From positions 928,001 through 992,000 of the forward strand of contig CAVPCT010000003.1 of assembly GCA_963702475.1 (NCBI GenBank): 64,000 nt of DNA. The letters run 5' to 3'. Positions 9,647 through 19,436 of this stretch are shown in pieces. Origin of the DNA: an uncultured Thermoleophilia bacterium (GTDB taxonomy: Bacteria; Actinomycetota; Thermoleophilia; UBA2241). Within the stretch, counting starts at the first letter, position 1. Each line of letters starts with the position of its first letter. The position numbers and the translations under genes were made by a program. A model generated the notes under the pieces. It made no database searches, was not told where the DNA came from, and saw only the letters and a list, made by a program, of their open reading frames with translations.

Positions 9647-11617
9647 ATGGCGTCGCGTGAACGGCGCGCGGGCGGCGGCCGGTCGCGGGGCGCCGGCCGC
9701 GACGACGCCGGCCGCGACGAGCGCAGCCCGACGCCTCCGCGCGAGCTCCCTTACCGGGTCGCGCGCTGGGGCAAGTTCTGGTCGCTGGAGCCGCTGTTCG
9801 CCGACGCCCGCTCCTGCCTCGTCGCCAAGGGCGGTGAGACGCCACACCTCGACGACATCGTACTGGCCGTGCCCTCGCACGGGGACAGGCGGCGCGTCGT
9901 CAGGGTGCTGGGGCGCGCCGACGATCTCGCGGTGGTCCTGCGCGCCATGCTCTACGCCAAGGGTCTGCCGCAAGGGTTCGGCGCCGACGTGCTCGAGGAG
10001 GCGAACGCGGTAGGAGGGAGGGCCGGCCGCGCCGACGCGGACCGGCACGACCTGACCGGCCTGCCCACGTTCACCATCGATCCCGACACGGCGCGCGACT
10101 TCGACGACGCCATCTCCGTGCAGCGCGAGGGCGCCGGGTTCCGGGCGCACGTGCACATCGCCGACGTCTCGTACTTCGTGGATGACGACGGGCTGATCGA
10201 GCGCGAGGCGCGGCGGCGGACCTCGAGCGTCTACCTGCCGCTCTTCGCCGAGCCCATGCTGCCGTCGGCGCTGAGCAGCGACCTCTGCAGCCTGGTGCCG
10301 CGCGAGCCGCGCAAGTGCGTCACCGTGGAGCTCGGGCTCGCGGAGGACGGGCGGCGCACCGCGGTCACGTTCTACCGCTCGCTCATCCGCAGCGACCACC
10401 GCCTCACCTACGGCTTCGTGGACACCGTCATCGGCGAGGGGGACGAGGCCGCGGGCGCCAGTCCGGCGGCCGAGGTGCCCGGGGCCACCTTCGAGGCTGA
10501 CGAGGAGCTGGCGGCTCGCCTGCGGCTGGCCGCCGAGGTGGCGGGGTTGCTGCGCCGCCGCCGCCAGGCCCGCGGCGCCCTCACGCTGGGCTCGTTCGAG
10601 CCCGAGTACGAGTTCGACAAGGACGGCGTACTGGCGGGCGCCGGGGGGCGCCCGGAGACGCCGTCCCACGCCCTCGTGGAGGAGTTCATGCTCGCGGCCA
10701 ACGAGGCCGTTGCCGAGTTCCTGCTGCGCAAGCGCGGCCGCACGCTCTATCGCGTGCACGAGCCGCCCGAGCCGGCGAGCGTGCGTGAGCTGCTCGACGA
10801 GCTCGAGGAGCTCGGCGTACAGACTCCGCCGTTCCCCGCCGGGGAGGCCGTGCCGGCGGCCGAGCTGGCCGAGGCCTACGGCCGCCTGAGCCGCATCGTC
10901 GCCGAGACCAGCGCCCGTGAGGGCCGCGGCCGCGGCGCCTGGCCCACGCTGCTGCTGCGCTCGCTCAAGCAGGCCAGGTACGGTCCCGCGAACCTCGGGC
11001 ACTTTGGGCTGGCGAGCCCGGCGTACCTGCACTTCACCTCGCCCATCCGCCGGTATCCCGACCTCGTCACCCACCGTAGCCTGCTGCGGCAGCTCGGGGT
11101 GGGCGGCGCGGAGCTCGGCGACGCCGAGCTGGCCACAGCCGGCGAGGACTGCTCCACCCGCGAGCGTGAGATCGCCCGCCTCGAGATGGACGCAGACAAG
11201 GTAGCCTTGAGCTTCCTCCTCGAACGCAGCCTCCAGGCGGAGGGCTGGGAGCAGGCGTTCCCGGGCGAGATCGTCGGCCTCGTCGGCGGGGGCCTCTTCG
11301 TGCGCTTCGGCGGCGTGCACGAGGGGTTCCTCTCGGCGCGCCGCCTCGGTGGCGAGCGCTTCGAGGTCAGCGAGCACGAGACGGCGCTTGTGGGCGAGGC
11401 CACCGGCCGGCGGTTCCGCCTGGGCGACCCGGTCCGGGTCCGCGTCGAACGCGTGGACCGCCTCTCCGGCAAGGTCGACCTCGCCCCGGCCGAGATCCAC
11501 GAGCACGCGGCCGGGCAGGCAGGCCGGCGCCCTCACGTCCCGGCCGGCCGCCAGCTCCCCCAGCGCCAGACGCACCGGCGTCCGCCGGCCCACGGGCCCC
11601 GTCGGCGCGGGCGCTGA
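9647..11617 (+). CDS. rnr: Ribonuclease R / RNB family exoribonuclease
   Basis: TIDPDTARDFDDA, HIADVS, VEEFMLAAN, HFTSPIRRYPD; S1 domain and basic tail; upstream of smpB. Confidence 0.88.
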   Translation: MASRERRAGGGRSRGAGRDDAGRDERSPTPPRELPYRVARWGKFWSLEPLFADARSCLVAKGGETPHLDDIVLAVPSHGDRRRVVRVLGRADDLAVVLRAMLYAKGLPQGFGADVLEEANAVGGRAGRADADRHDLTGLPTFTIDPDTARDFDDAISVQREGAGFRAHVHIADVSYFVDDDGLIEREARRRTSSVYLPLFAEPMLPSALSSDLCSLVPREPRKCVTVELGLAEDGRRTAVTFYRSLIRSDHRLTYGFVDTVIGEGDEAAGASPAAEVPGATFEADEELAARLRLAAEVAGLLRRRRQARGALTLGSFEPEYEFDKDGVLAGAGGRPETPSHALVEEFMLAANEAVAEFLLRKRGRTLYRVHEPPEPASVRELLDELEELGVQTPPFPAGEAVPAAELAEAYGRLSRIVAETSAREGRGRGAWPTLLLRSLKQARYGPANLGHFGLASPAYLHFTSPIRRYPDLVTHRSLLRQLGVGGAELGDAELATAGEDCSTREREIARLEMDADKVALSFLLERSLQAEGWEQAFPGEIVGLVGGGLFVRFGGVHEGFLSARRLGGERFEVSEHETALVGEATGRRFRLGDPVRVRVERVDRLSGKVDLAPAEIHEHAAGQAGRRPHVPAGRQLPQRQTHRRPPAHGPRRRGR

Positions 11618-11640
11618 CCCGTTTGGGGTACGCTGGCGGC

Positions 11641-12129
11641 ATGGCACGCGAATCCGGCATCAAGCGCGTCGCGGACAACCGCAAGGCTCGGCACGACTAC
11701 TTCATCGACGATACGTTCGAAGCGGGCATCGAGCTGGTCGGCACCGAGGTCAAGTCCCTGCGCGAGGGGCGCATCAACCTGCGCGACAGCTACGTCGAGG
11801 TCAAGGGCCCGCCCTACAAGGCCCAGCTCTATCTGGTCGGCGCCCACATCAGCCCCTACGACCAGGGCAACATCTGGAACCACGACCCGCTGCGTTCGCG
11901 GCGCCTGCTGCTGCATCGCTCGGAGATCGACCGCATCGCCCAGCGCGTGCGCGAGCGCGGCTTCACGGTCGTGCCGCTCAAGGTCTACTTCAAGGACGGG
12001 CGCGCCAAGGTGGAGATCGGCCTGGCGCGCGGCAAGAAGCTCTACGACAAGCGGCACGACATCGCCTCACGCGACGCGAAGCGCGACGTGGAGCGTGCGC
12101 TTCGGGGCCGCGGGGAAGACAGCCGGTAA
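11641..12129 (+). CDS. smpB: SsrA-binding protein SmpB
   Basis: NRKARHDY, EAGIELVGTEVKSLR and GKKLYDKR motifs. Confidence 0.97.
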   Translation: MARESGIKRVADNRKARHDYFIDDTFEAGIELVGTEVKSLREGRINLRDSYVEVKGPPYKAQLYLVGAHISPYDQGNIWNHDPLRSRRLLLHRSEIDRIAQRVRERGFTVVPLKVYFKDGRAKVEIGLARGKKLYDKRHDIASRDAKRDVERALRGRGEDSR

Positions 12130-12165
12130 CGGCGCCGCCGGCGTCGTCGTCATGGGAGGCGCCGC

Positions 12166-12444
12166 GTGAACACCCTGAACAAGGAACAGATCGAGTCCGC
12201 CCTGCAGGGCCTCGACGACTGGGACTATCGGGACGAGGCCCTCACCCGCACCTTCCGCTTCGCCGACTTCGTGCACGCCGTCGAGTTCGTCGAACGGCTG
12301 GCCGAGGTGGCCGAGGAGCGGCAGCACCACCCCGACATCGACATCCGCTACAACAAGGTGACGCTGCGCTTGAGCACGCACAGCGCCGGCGGCGTCACGC
12401 AGCGCGACGTGGAGCTCGCCGAAGCGGTCGAGCACCTGCTCTGA
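12166..12444 (+). CDS. Pterin-4-alpha-carbinolamine dehydratase (PCD)
   Basis: AEERQHHPDIDIRYNKV and LSTHSAGGVT motifs; GGGAGG RBS. Confidence 0.92.
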   Translation: MNTLNKEQIESALQGLDDWDYRDEALTRTFRFADFVHAVEFVERLAEVAEERQHHPDIDIRYNKVTLRLSTHSAGGVTQRDVELAEAVEHLL

Positions 12445-12554
12445 CGGTCGCACGGCGGCCGGGTGACGGCGCCGCACCGGCTTGCCTCAGCGGTCGGACC
12501 GCGGCCTGTGCCAGGTGGCCGGCGGGGTCGCCGGCGTCCCCGTCCGCGCCCGCG

Positions 12555-12563
12555 TGCTACAAT
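12555..12563 (+). promoter_or_regulatory. Extended -10 promoter element of the tRNA
   Basis: TGcTACAAT ending 10 nt before the tRNA 5' end. Confidence 0.55.
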
Positions 12564-12573
12564 CCGCACCCGT

Positions 12574-12649
12574 GCCCTCGTAGCTCAGGGGATAGAGCGC
12601 GCGCCTCCGGAGCGCGAGGTCGAAGGTTCGAATCCTTCCGGGGGCACCA
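12574..12649 (+). tRNA. tRNA-Arg (anticodon CCG)
   Basis: Acceptor stem GCCCTCG/CGGGGGC, anticodon arm CGCGC-CT-CCG-GA-GCGCG, GGTTCGAATCC T-arm, encoded CCA. Confidence 0.97.
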
Positions 12650-12655
12650 GACGTT

Positions 12656-12679
12656 GCCATTCCGACAGCCATTCCGACA
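12656..12679. repeat. 12-bp tandem direct repeat GCCATTCCGACA x2 directly after the tRNA
   Basis: Exact copies at 12656-12667 and 12668-12679. Confidence 0.85.
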
Positions 12680-12782
12680 ACGACCTTCCTCCTTCTGAGG
12701 CGCAGCCTCGTCCATTCGCCTGCCCGGCGGTTGGTCGCGATGATGAAGACGCGCGCCGTGCGCAGCCGCTACTCAGCACTCG

Positions 12783-13508
12783 TCATGGTGAAGCCGAGCC
12801 GGCCGTATCGTTCCGGTCGACGTTCCGCAGGAAGGCGATGACGGCAATCAGCGCGATGGCGGCGAGGACGGCGAAGCCCGGCACGGCGGCAGTCGCGACC
12901 ACGTTCGAGGCGGGATCGGCGCGGTGGCCGAGCCACTGGTCGGTCGCCACGGTGACGCCCTCCAGCACCCAGTAGACGAGGCCGGCGCCGGCGATCAGGT
13001 AGCCCCACGGGCGCCGCCGCCACAGCCAGATCGCGCCGACCAGAAGGAGCGGCAGCCAGAAGGAGAGGTCCTGCACCCATGTCGGGACGGTCGTGAGGCC
13101 GGTGCCCTCGAGGGCCTTGAGCGGGGCGTCGTCGACGATCCCGGGCAGGGCTCCCCTCAGCCAGAGCAGGCCGTTGCCGACGACGATCACGGCGATGAAG
13201 GCGGCCAGCAGGCGGGCGGGCAGGCGCCGGTCGCAGCGGCCGGCCAGCTCCTCGACGTCGATCATCGCGGCGAGCGCGATCCCCGTTGCGATCAAGAGCC
13301 CCATCATCACGACGTTCCCCAGGAAGAGCCGGTTGAACGGCGTCGCGAAGAGCAGCATGAAGGCGTTGTAGGCGAGGTACAGCACGGCCCCGAACCAGAC
13401 GACCACGGCGCGGGCCGAGCCGCGGCGCGCCAGCCACATCGCTACGGCCAGCGTGGGGAGGGCGCAGACGAGCGCGATCAGCGCCGTCCCCCGGGCCGAG
13501 CCGTTCAT
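12783..13508 (-). CDS. Polytopic hypothetical membrane protein, possibly 5'-truncated
   Basis: About 7 hydrophobic segments; no clear RBS, and the frame continues upstream (ILRGPAV-MNG); a partial second copy lies at 15675-15950. Confidence 0.6.
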   Translation of the reverse strand: MNGSARGTALIALVCALPTLAVAMWLARRGSARAVVVWFGAVLYLAYNAFMLLFATPFNRLFLGNVVMMGLLIATGIALAAMIDVEELAGRCDRRLPARLLAAFIAVIVVGNGLLWLRGALPGIVDDAPLKALEGTGLTTVPTWVQDLSFWLPLLLVGAIWLWRRRPWGYLIAGAGLVYWVLEGVTVATDQWLGHRADPASNVVATAAVPGFAVLAAIALIAVIAFLRNVDRNDTAGSASP

Positions 13509-13729
13509 GACGGCCGGCCCCCGCAGGATGCGGGGCGGCCAGGCCGACCTGGGCCAGGTCCCGTGCGGTGATGTGCGCGATGGATTGGTGCACCCACCCC
13601 ACCGCGACCGTCATGGCGAGCAGCGACACCGCGACCCCCAGAGTGCAGAGTCAGGATGTGCCGGCCCTGCCCGCGCCTGTCTCGGCGACCCCCAGGGCGG
13701 CAGGCCCAGGCGAAGCGGGGCTCGAACCG

Positions 13730-14956
13730 TCATGCGTTGGTGATCGGATAGGGTAGCGCGGCACCGTCGGGGATGGTGTCGATGTACGCCTTGCGGAACT
13801 CCGCCGATTGCATGCGGCAGCGCAGAGAGCGCTTCGCGTACGCCGGGTGCTCGAGCTGACGCCGCCACAACTCCGCGACCGAGGCCTCCCGCACGTTGCC
13901 GAACGAGAGTGGCGTGAAGTCGCAGGGTGTGAACTCGCCGTGCGCCGTGATGTGGCATTGCAGGTTAGCTGCGAGGCAGCCGATCAGCAGGGTGAACCCC
14001 CGGCCGCTGTTCGTCCAGGACTGCGTGACGACGCGCAGCCGCCCCCGGTGGACGCGGTTGAGCCGACGCGCCTCGGCCATGAGCGTGCGGCGGTGCGGCG
14101 CATCGAGGAGTGGAGTGCAGCGGCGCAGCAGGCGGCCCGTACGGATGCCGTCGAACACGCTCACCTCGCTCGCGCCCCACTCGTCGCCGAGGGCGGCGAT
14201 GCGGCTCAGCTTGCGCTCGTCGACCGACTCGTTGGTCGCGAAGGTGGAGAGGCCCACGACTAGCCCCGTCCTGCGCGCCGCGCGCGCCGCCCTCTCCACC
14301 GCCTCGAACACGCCGGCGCGGCCGCGCAGCCGGTCGTGCTCGGCCGGGTCGGGGTCGTCGAGGCTGAGGTGGACGCCGTAGGCGCCGGCCTCGCGCAGGG
14401 CGTTCAGGCGGTCGTCCGTGGCCTCCAGCCCGTTGCAGAAGAACTCCGCGACGGCGCGCTCGCGTGGGACTGCCGCGACGAGCTCCTCGAGGTCGCGGCG
14501 CAAGAGCGGCTCACCTCCGGTGAATGTCACGACACTCGTGCCCAGATCGACGCATTCGTGGATGACTCGCCGCCATGTCTGCGTGGTCAAGGAGCCGTGT
14601 CCGCTTGGCCGCATGGCCGCACTGCAATGCGGACAGGAGAGCTGACAGGCGGCGGTGACGGCGAGCGTCGCCGCCGTGGGCCGACGTCGTCTGAAGAGCT
14701 GGCTCCGCAGGAAGTCCTCAAGCTGGTGGGCGTGCGCTCCGCTCGGCACCGGAGGCACGTACAGGGAGTAGATGTGGGCACCTGCTTGGAGGCCCACCGG
14801 ATGGATGCTGTTCAGCCAGGCGAAGTACGCGTGGATCGCGGGGAGGACCCGTCTCGGTGCGGTTCCCCGGGCCGTGAACGAGAGGCGCCCGCTCGCGGCG
14901 CGCACGTCCAGGGTGAGGTCCTCGAGCTCAGGCGTGTCCGGGAATCGGTAGAGCAC
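13730..14956 (-). CDS. Radical SAM protein with SPASM/Twitch-like C-terminus (copy A)
   Basis: CQLSCPHC, FTGGEP, GCLAA...TPCDF; GTG at 14956 with GAGGGGAGG RBS; paralog at 33268-34524. Confidence 0.88.
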   Translation of the reverse strand: MLYRFPDTPELEDLTLDVRAASGRLSFTARGTAPRRVLPAIHAYFAWLNSIHPVGLQAGAHIYSLYVPPVPSGAHAHQLEDFLRSQLFRRRRPTAATLAVTAACQLSCPHCSAAMRPSGHGSLTTQTWRRVIHECVDLGTSVVTFTGGEPLLRRDLEELVAAVPRERAVAEFFCNGLEATDDRLNALREAGAYGVHLSLDDPDPAEHDRLRGRAGVFEAVERAARAARRTGLVVGLSTFATNESVDERKLSRIAALGDEWGASEVSVFDGIRTGRLLRRCTPLLDAPHRRTLMAEARRLNRVHRGRLRVVTQSWTNSGRGFTLLIGCLAANLQCHITAHGEFTPCDFTPLSFGNVREASVAELWRRQLEHPAYAKRSLRCRMQSAEFRKAYIDTIPDGAALPYPITNA

Positions 14957-15039
14957 GGTCCTCCCCTCATCCGGCCGCATGCTACAGGATGCGAGCCTCA
15001 AGGTCCCACCTCGGGGTCTGAGAGGGGGTCCACGCCGCG

Positions 15040-15185
15040 GCGCACGGTGCGCGCCCGTGACTGCCTGGAGGACTTCGTCCACGGCGTCGACTTCGTCAAC
15101 CGCCTGGCCCAGGTGTCGGAGAAGCGCGAGCATCACCGGGACATCGACGTGCGCTGCAACAAGGTGACCCTGCACGTGAGCCACG
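15040..15185 (+). pseudogene. Degenerate fragment of pterin-4a-carbinolamine dehydratase
   Basis: DFVHGVDFVNRLAQVSEKREHHRDIDVRCNKVTL aligns by eye to DFVHAVEFVERLAEVAEERQHHPDIDIRYNKVTL of 12166-12444. Confidence 0.75.
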
Positions 15186-15337
15186 ACAGGGCACTGGATC
15201 TCGACCTGCTGCGCCGTGCGATCCGGCCGACCACACGCCTCATCGCCGTCGACTTCCCCAACAACCCGACCGGCTACGTGCCAGACGCAGCGACGTGCCG
15301 CGAGCTGGTCGAGCTGTGCGATGAGCGCGGCGTCAAG
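15186..15337 (+). pseudogene. Internal fragment of a class I/II PLP aminotransferase
   Basis: LDLDLLRRAIRPTTRLIAVDFPNNPTGYVPD...ELVELCDERGV, containing the PNNPTG motif. Confidence 0.65.
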
Positions 15338-15460
15338 CTCAACGAGGCGGCCGACTTCTGCGATGAAGAGGATTCCGGGCTGGGCGGTCCGTTCCTTGAC
15401 GCCGCAGGGCGCGCCTGAGAGTAGATCCGGGTCCTTCCGGAGTTGTCGCCGATCTCCCTC
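15338..15460 (+). pseudogene. Fragment resembling a RelE/ParE family toxin N-terminus
   Basis: LNEAADFCDEEDSGLGGPFLDAAGRA*E*IRVLPE resembles the ParE-like pattern L.EAA.fY.....GLG..FL; contains in-frame stops. Confidence 0.45.
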
Positions 15461-15674
15461 ATCCCTGTCCCCGCAGCGTCGACCTGAGCAGTGGCGCGGC
15501 CGTGAGTAGCCCCATGTGTGGTGCTGACGCCCCGACCTGAGGTCGGCAGGCGTACTCCTCGCTTCCTCTGCGACTGCCGATGACGGCACGACGGCGCCTG
15601 CCACGAACGGCGCCTGGCGCAAACGGCGGAACGGGCGTCGTGCGTCGCAGCGGCGTTCCCTGCTCCCCCGGCCG

Positions 15675-15950
15675 TCAGGATGCAGAAGGGCTTGCCGCGC
15701 CGCTCCGGTCGACGTTCCGGAGGAAGGCGATGACGGCGACCAGTGCGATGGCGGCGACGACGGCGAAGCCGGGCACCGCCGCCGTGGAGACCACGGTCGA
15801 CGCCGGATCTGCCCGGTCGCCGAGCCACTGTTCGGTCGCGACGGCGACGCCCTCCAGGACCCAGAAGACGAGGCCGGCGCCGGTGATCAGATAGCCCCAG
15901 GGCGCCGGCGCCAGAGCCAGATCGCTCCGACCAGCAGGAGTGGCAGCTTC
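15675..15950 (-). pseudogene. 3' fragment of a diverged copy of the 12783-13508 membrane protein
   Basis: PWGYLITGAGLVFWVLEGVAVATEQWLGDRADPAS...FLRNVDR matches the C-terminus of 12783-13508. Confidence 0.85.
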
Positions 15951-16070
15951 GTCGCACGCTGCGTGAAGGCTGTCGAACGCGGCGACCTGCCCGATTGACT
16001 ACGATGCACAACATCTGGAGATCTCCCACGTCAGAAGCAGCTCCCGTGAAGGGCCAGGCCAAGGAGAACG

Positions 16071-17289
16071 ATGCTGAGCACCTTGATCGACGCAATGGAA
16101 CACGCCAGTCGAGAACTCAGGACGATGCCGGAGAAGGCTGTCCAAGTCTTCCATCACAACGATTCCGATGGGCTCACGTCGGGTGCCATCCTCACCCGCG
16201 CGTTCAAGCGCCAGGGGTACGCGGTCCGACGCTTCTGTCTGGAGAAGCCGTACCCGGCAGTCCTGGAAAGGGTCTTCGAGCAGGAGGGCAAGATCCTCGT
16301 CTTTGCCGACTTTGCCGGCAGGATCGCGCCGCTGCTCTCCGACCTGAACCAGGGAAGAAACCTGACGCTGATCCTGGATCACCATGTGGCTGAAGCCTCG
16401 ACCGATCCGAGAGTAATGAACCTTGACCCGGACCTGTTCGGGTTGAAGGGGGATCGGGACATCTCCGGGTCGACGACCTGCTATCTCTTTGCGTGTACGC
16501 TGGACCCGGTCAATCACGACATGGCGCACATCGCCGCCATCGGTGCGGTGGGCGACGGCTTCTTCGTGGACGGCGAGCTGGTGAGCGAGAACCGCGAGGT
16601 CGCAGTGGAAGCGGCCCGTCAGGGCCTGGTCGAGATCAGGAAGCATGGCGCCGGAGAGCAGTACCTGCTGAACGGTCCACAAGGACAGATGGACCTGATC
16701 GACGTCGGCGACTACCTCGACGTCCTGGGAGGAGTCGGCTACTACCAGGAAGGGCCGGGTACGGGGATCAAGGTCTGCCTTGAAGGGATCTCGCCGGAGT
16801 CGGACCGGATGGTGGAGGAGCTGGAGGCCGTCAGGACGAGCAGATTCGCCGAAGAGATTGCGAGGCTCCGGGCGGGCGCCCTGACGACAGGCGCCGCACA
16901 TCCAGTGGTTTCATGTCGAGTCACGCCTCTTCCCGATGGGTGTGAAGATGGTCGGGGCATTCTGCGATGCCATCAGGGCCGCGGACCTCATCGATCCCCG
17001 CAAGTACATCGCCGGATTCCAGATCATCCCCGATGAGATCCCGGACTTCGGCGCGATCGACTTCAACGAGGTGAAGGTCTCCATGCGGGTCTCCCCCTTC
17101 ATGGAGGGGGAGATCAGGGCGGGACGGGCGATGGGGCTCGACATACTGCTCCCCGAGGCGACGGGCAGGCTCGGGGGGTTCTCAGATGCCTGTCACAGTC
17201 TGACGGCGGCCACCACGGTGGCTGTAGGCAAAGAAGAGCAACTGATAGATGAAATGGAACGCATCCTGGATGGAGAGTCGCATGGCTGA
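16071..17289 (+). CDS. DHH family phosphoesterase (frameshift near 16.9 kb)
   Basis: HHNDSDGLTSG, FADF, ILDHH and GAVGD motifs; C-terminus continues in ORF 16936..17289. Confidence 0.75.
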
Positions 17290-18215
17290 AGGCACCGGGT
17301 TCGGAAAGACGATCCTGATCGGCGACCAGTTCGTCCTTGACGGAGTCCCGGCGATCGTCTCGTCGATCCCCTTGGAGACCGTGACGACCGTGGAGCGGAT
17401 CGACGGTGAGGGATGGGTCCTCCAGGACGACCGCATCGAGGTCCCCGGCTACAAGGCCAAGAAGCGGGAGCAGCAGGGCGAATCCATCGACAGGATCCTC
17501 GAGGTCATGGGCATCGACGCCGAGAAGACGCCGGTCAAGATCACGGTCGGGGGCACGCTGTTGGCCGGTAGCGGTGTGGGTGCGAGCGCCGCCATCTGCG
17601 TCTCGCTGGCGCGGGCGTTGAATGAAGAATTCGGGCTGGGCTTGGGGATCGAGGAGATCAACCGGGTAGCGTGGCAGGGCGAGTTCCCCTATCACGGGGT
17701 CGCCAGCGGAGTCGACAATACCGCCTCGACCTACGGCGGGCTTCTCCTCTTCTGGCTGGAGGATGGGCAGCAGCATTTCGAGAGGATCATGACCCCACGG
17801 TCCTTTGAGATAGTCCTGGCCAACAGCGGCGTCACGGTCGATACGGCGGCCTTGGACGAGTTCATCGATGAGCAGAAGACGGGCGATCCGGAGCTGTTCG
17901 CGGCGCGTCTCGACGCCATCAGGCCCAGGTCGTCGACATGAAGATGGCGCTTGAAGCCGGCGATCTGGAGAGCGTGGGCAGGATCATGTCCGAGGATCAC
18001 GAGCTCCTGACCGCCATGGGGATGTCCCACGGGACTCTCGACCACATGTGCCGGACAGCCATCGAAAAGGGTGCGTTGGGGGCGAAGGTCACGGGAGGCG
18101 GCAGAGGCGGCTACATGGTCTCGTTGACTCCCGGAGCGGGGCTTCAGGATACGTCGCATCGGCGTTCGAGGCGGACGGACACAAGGTGATCCGGACGATG
18201 ATCGGTGGCAGTTGA
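17282..18215 (+). CDS. Mevalonate-kinase-like GHMP kinase (frameshifts near 17.93 and 18.15 kb)
   Basis: GKTILIGDQFV, GSGVGASAA, HGVASGVDN and GAKVTGGGRGG across three frames; start overlaps the DHH stop. Confidence 0.75.
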
Positions 18216-19000
18216 CGCGCCCGCGTCGAGCGGCCTGCCACCCGACACGCTCTTCGCCGGCTCATCTTCGACCTGGACGGCACGGTCTACCTGGGGGAGG
18301 CCTGCTCCACGGCGGGCGAGAGGAGCGTGCCCGCGCGCTCGCGGGGGTGCGCACATCTTCGTCTCCAACAACCCCACACATGCGCGCGAGGACTACGCCG
18401 ACAAGCTCACCCGCTTGGGCGTGCCAACCTCCATCGACGACGTTCTGACTTCATCGCTCGTGCTGGTGGATTTCCTCAAGCGCCGCATGCCGGGTGCCCG
18501 CCTGTTCGTCGTCGGCGAGGAGCCGCTGTGCACTGAGCTGCGCCGTGGCGGGTTCGCACTGACCGAGCAGGCGCACACGTCGATGCGGTGATCGCCAGCT
18601 TTGACCGCACCTTCGTCTACCGCAAGCTGCAGATCGCCTTCGACGCCATCCGGGCCGGAGCGCGCTTCTTCGCCACCAACGCCGACCCCTTCTGCCCGGT
18701 CCCGCGGCGGTGAGCCCGACTGTGCCGCCGTCATCGCCGCGATCGAGGCCTGCACTGGGGCGCAGGTCGAAGCCGTCGTCGGCAAGCCGTCCAGCACATG
18801 ATCGATGCCGCTGTGAAGTTGATGGATCTGCCGGCCGCGACTGCCTGATGACGGGCGACCGGTTGGAGACTGACATCCTGATGGGCCGGGACGCGGCATG
18901 TCCCCGCGCCGCCCGCTGACCGGTGCGACCCCGCATCGCCGTGGCCGGCTCGTCCATCCAGCCGACCTAGTCCTGCGCCTCTCGGCGACCTGTCCTCCGT
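18205..19000 (+). CDS. HAD-IIA (NagD-like) phosphatase, multiply frameshifted; 3' end approximate
   Basis: FDLDGTVY, FVSNN, ATNAD, VVGKPS and GDRLETDI motifs spread over several frames. Confidence 0.7.
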
Positions 19001-19436
19001 ACGCAGTTTTCGACCGGCGCATGATGCCGAAAGGCCGTCGTGTCTACGAAGTCGTGTTGTCTTGAGGACGTCTGCGTTGGCGTAGGTCTTTCCTGATGAG
19101 TTGACGTCATGTGTGCTTGGCGTGCTGTTTGTGTTTGTTGCGAGAGCTCGCTGCGTCGGCGCGTGTCTAATCGCTCGCTGTGTCGCTGATCGGTGATGTC
19201 CTCCGCTACGTCCACAGTACACGAGCGTCCGGGGCACTGATCTGGCCTCGACAAACGGCGAATCGCTTGCGCTGCGCTGTAGACTTTCGAGAGGGCCGTG
19301 GGGAGTCCGTCTTCAGAGGGCAGGTCAAGGATCCACGAGTCAGGGGGGATGCTGATGGGGGAAAAGCCTCGCCGACGGGGAACGGCGTGCGAGGTGATGA
19401 GGCCGGCGCACCATGATCCTAGGGTCTGGAGGGACG

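Noticed and set aside
9693-9720. Short GCCGGCCGCGACGA repeat
   Set aside because: Lies in the low-complexity N-terminus of rnr; a coding micro-duplication.
8291-11647. Long antisense or alternative-frame ORFs (e.g. 1118 aa here, also 59731-62499 and 54398-56653)
   Set aside because: High-GC shadow ORFs opposite well-supported genes, with no recognisable motifs.
12130-12573. tmRNA expected near smpB
   Set aside because: The space holds the PCD gene and the tRNA promoter; no tmRNA-like ends were found.
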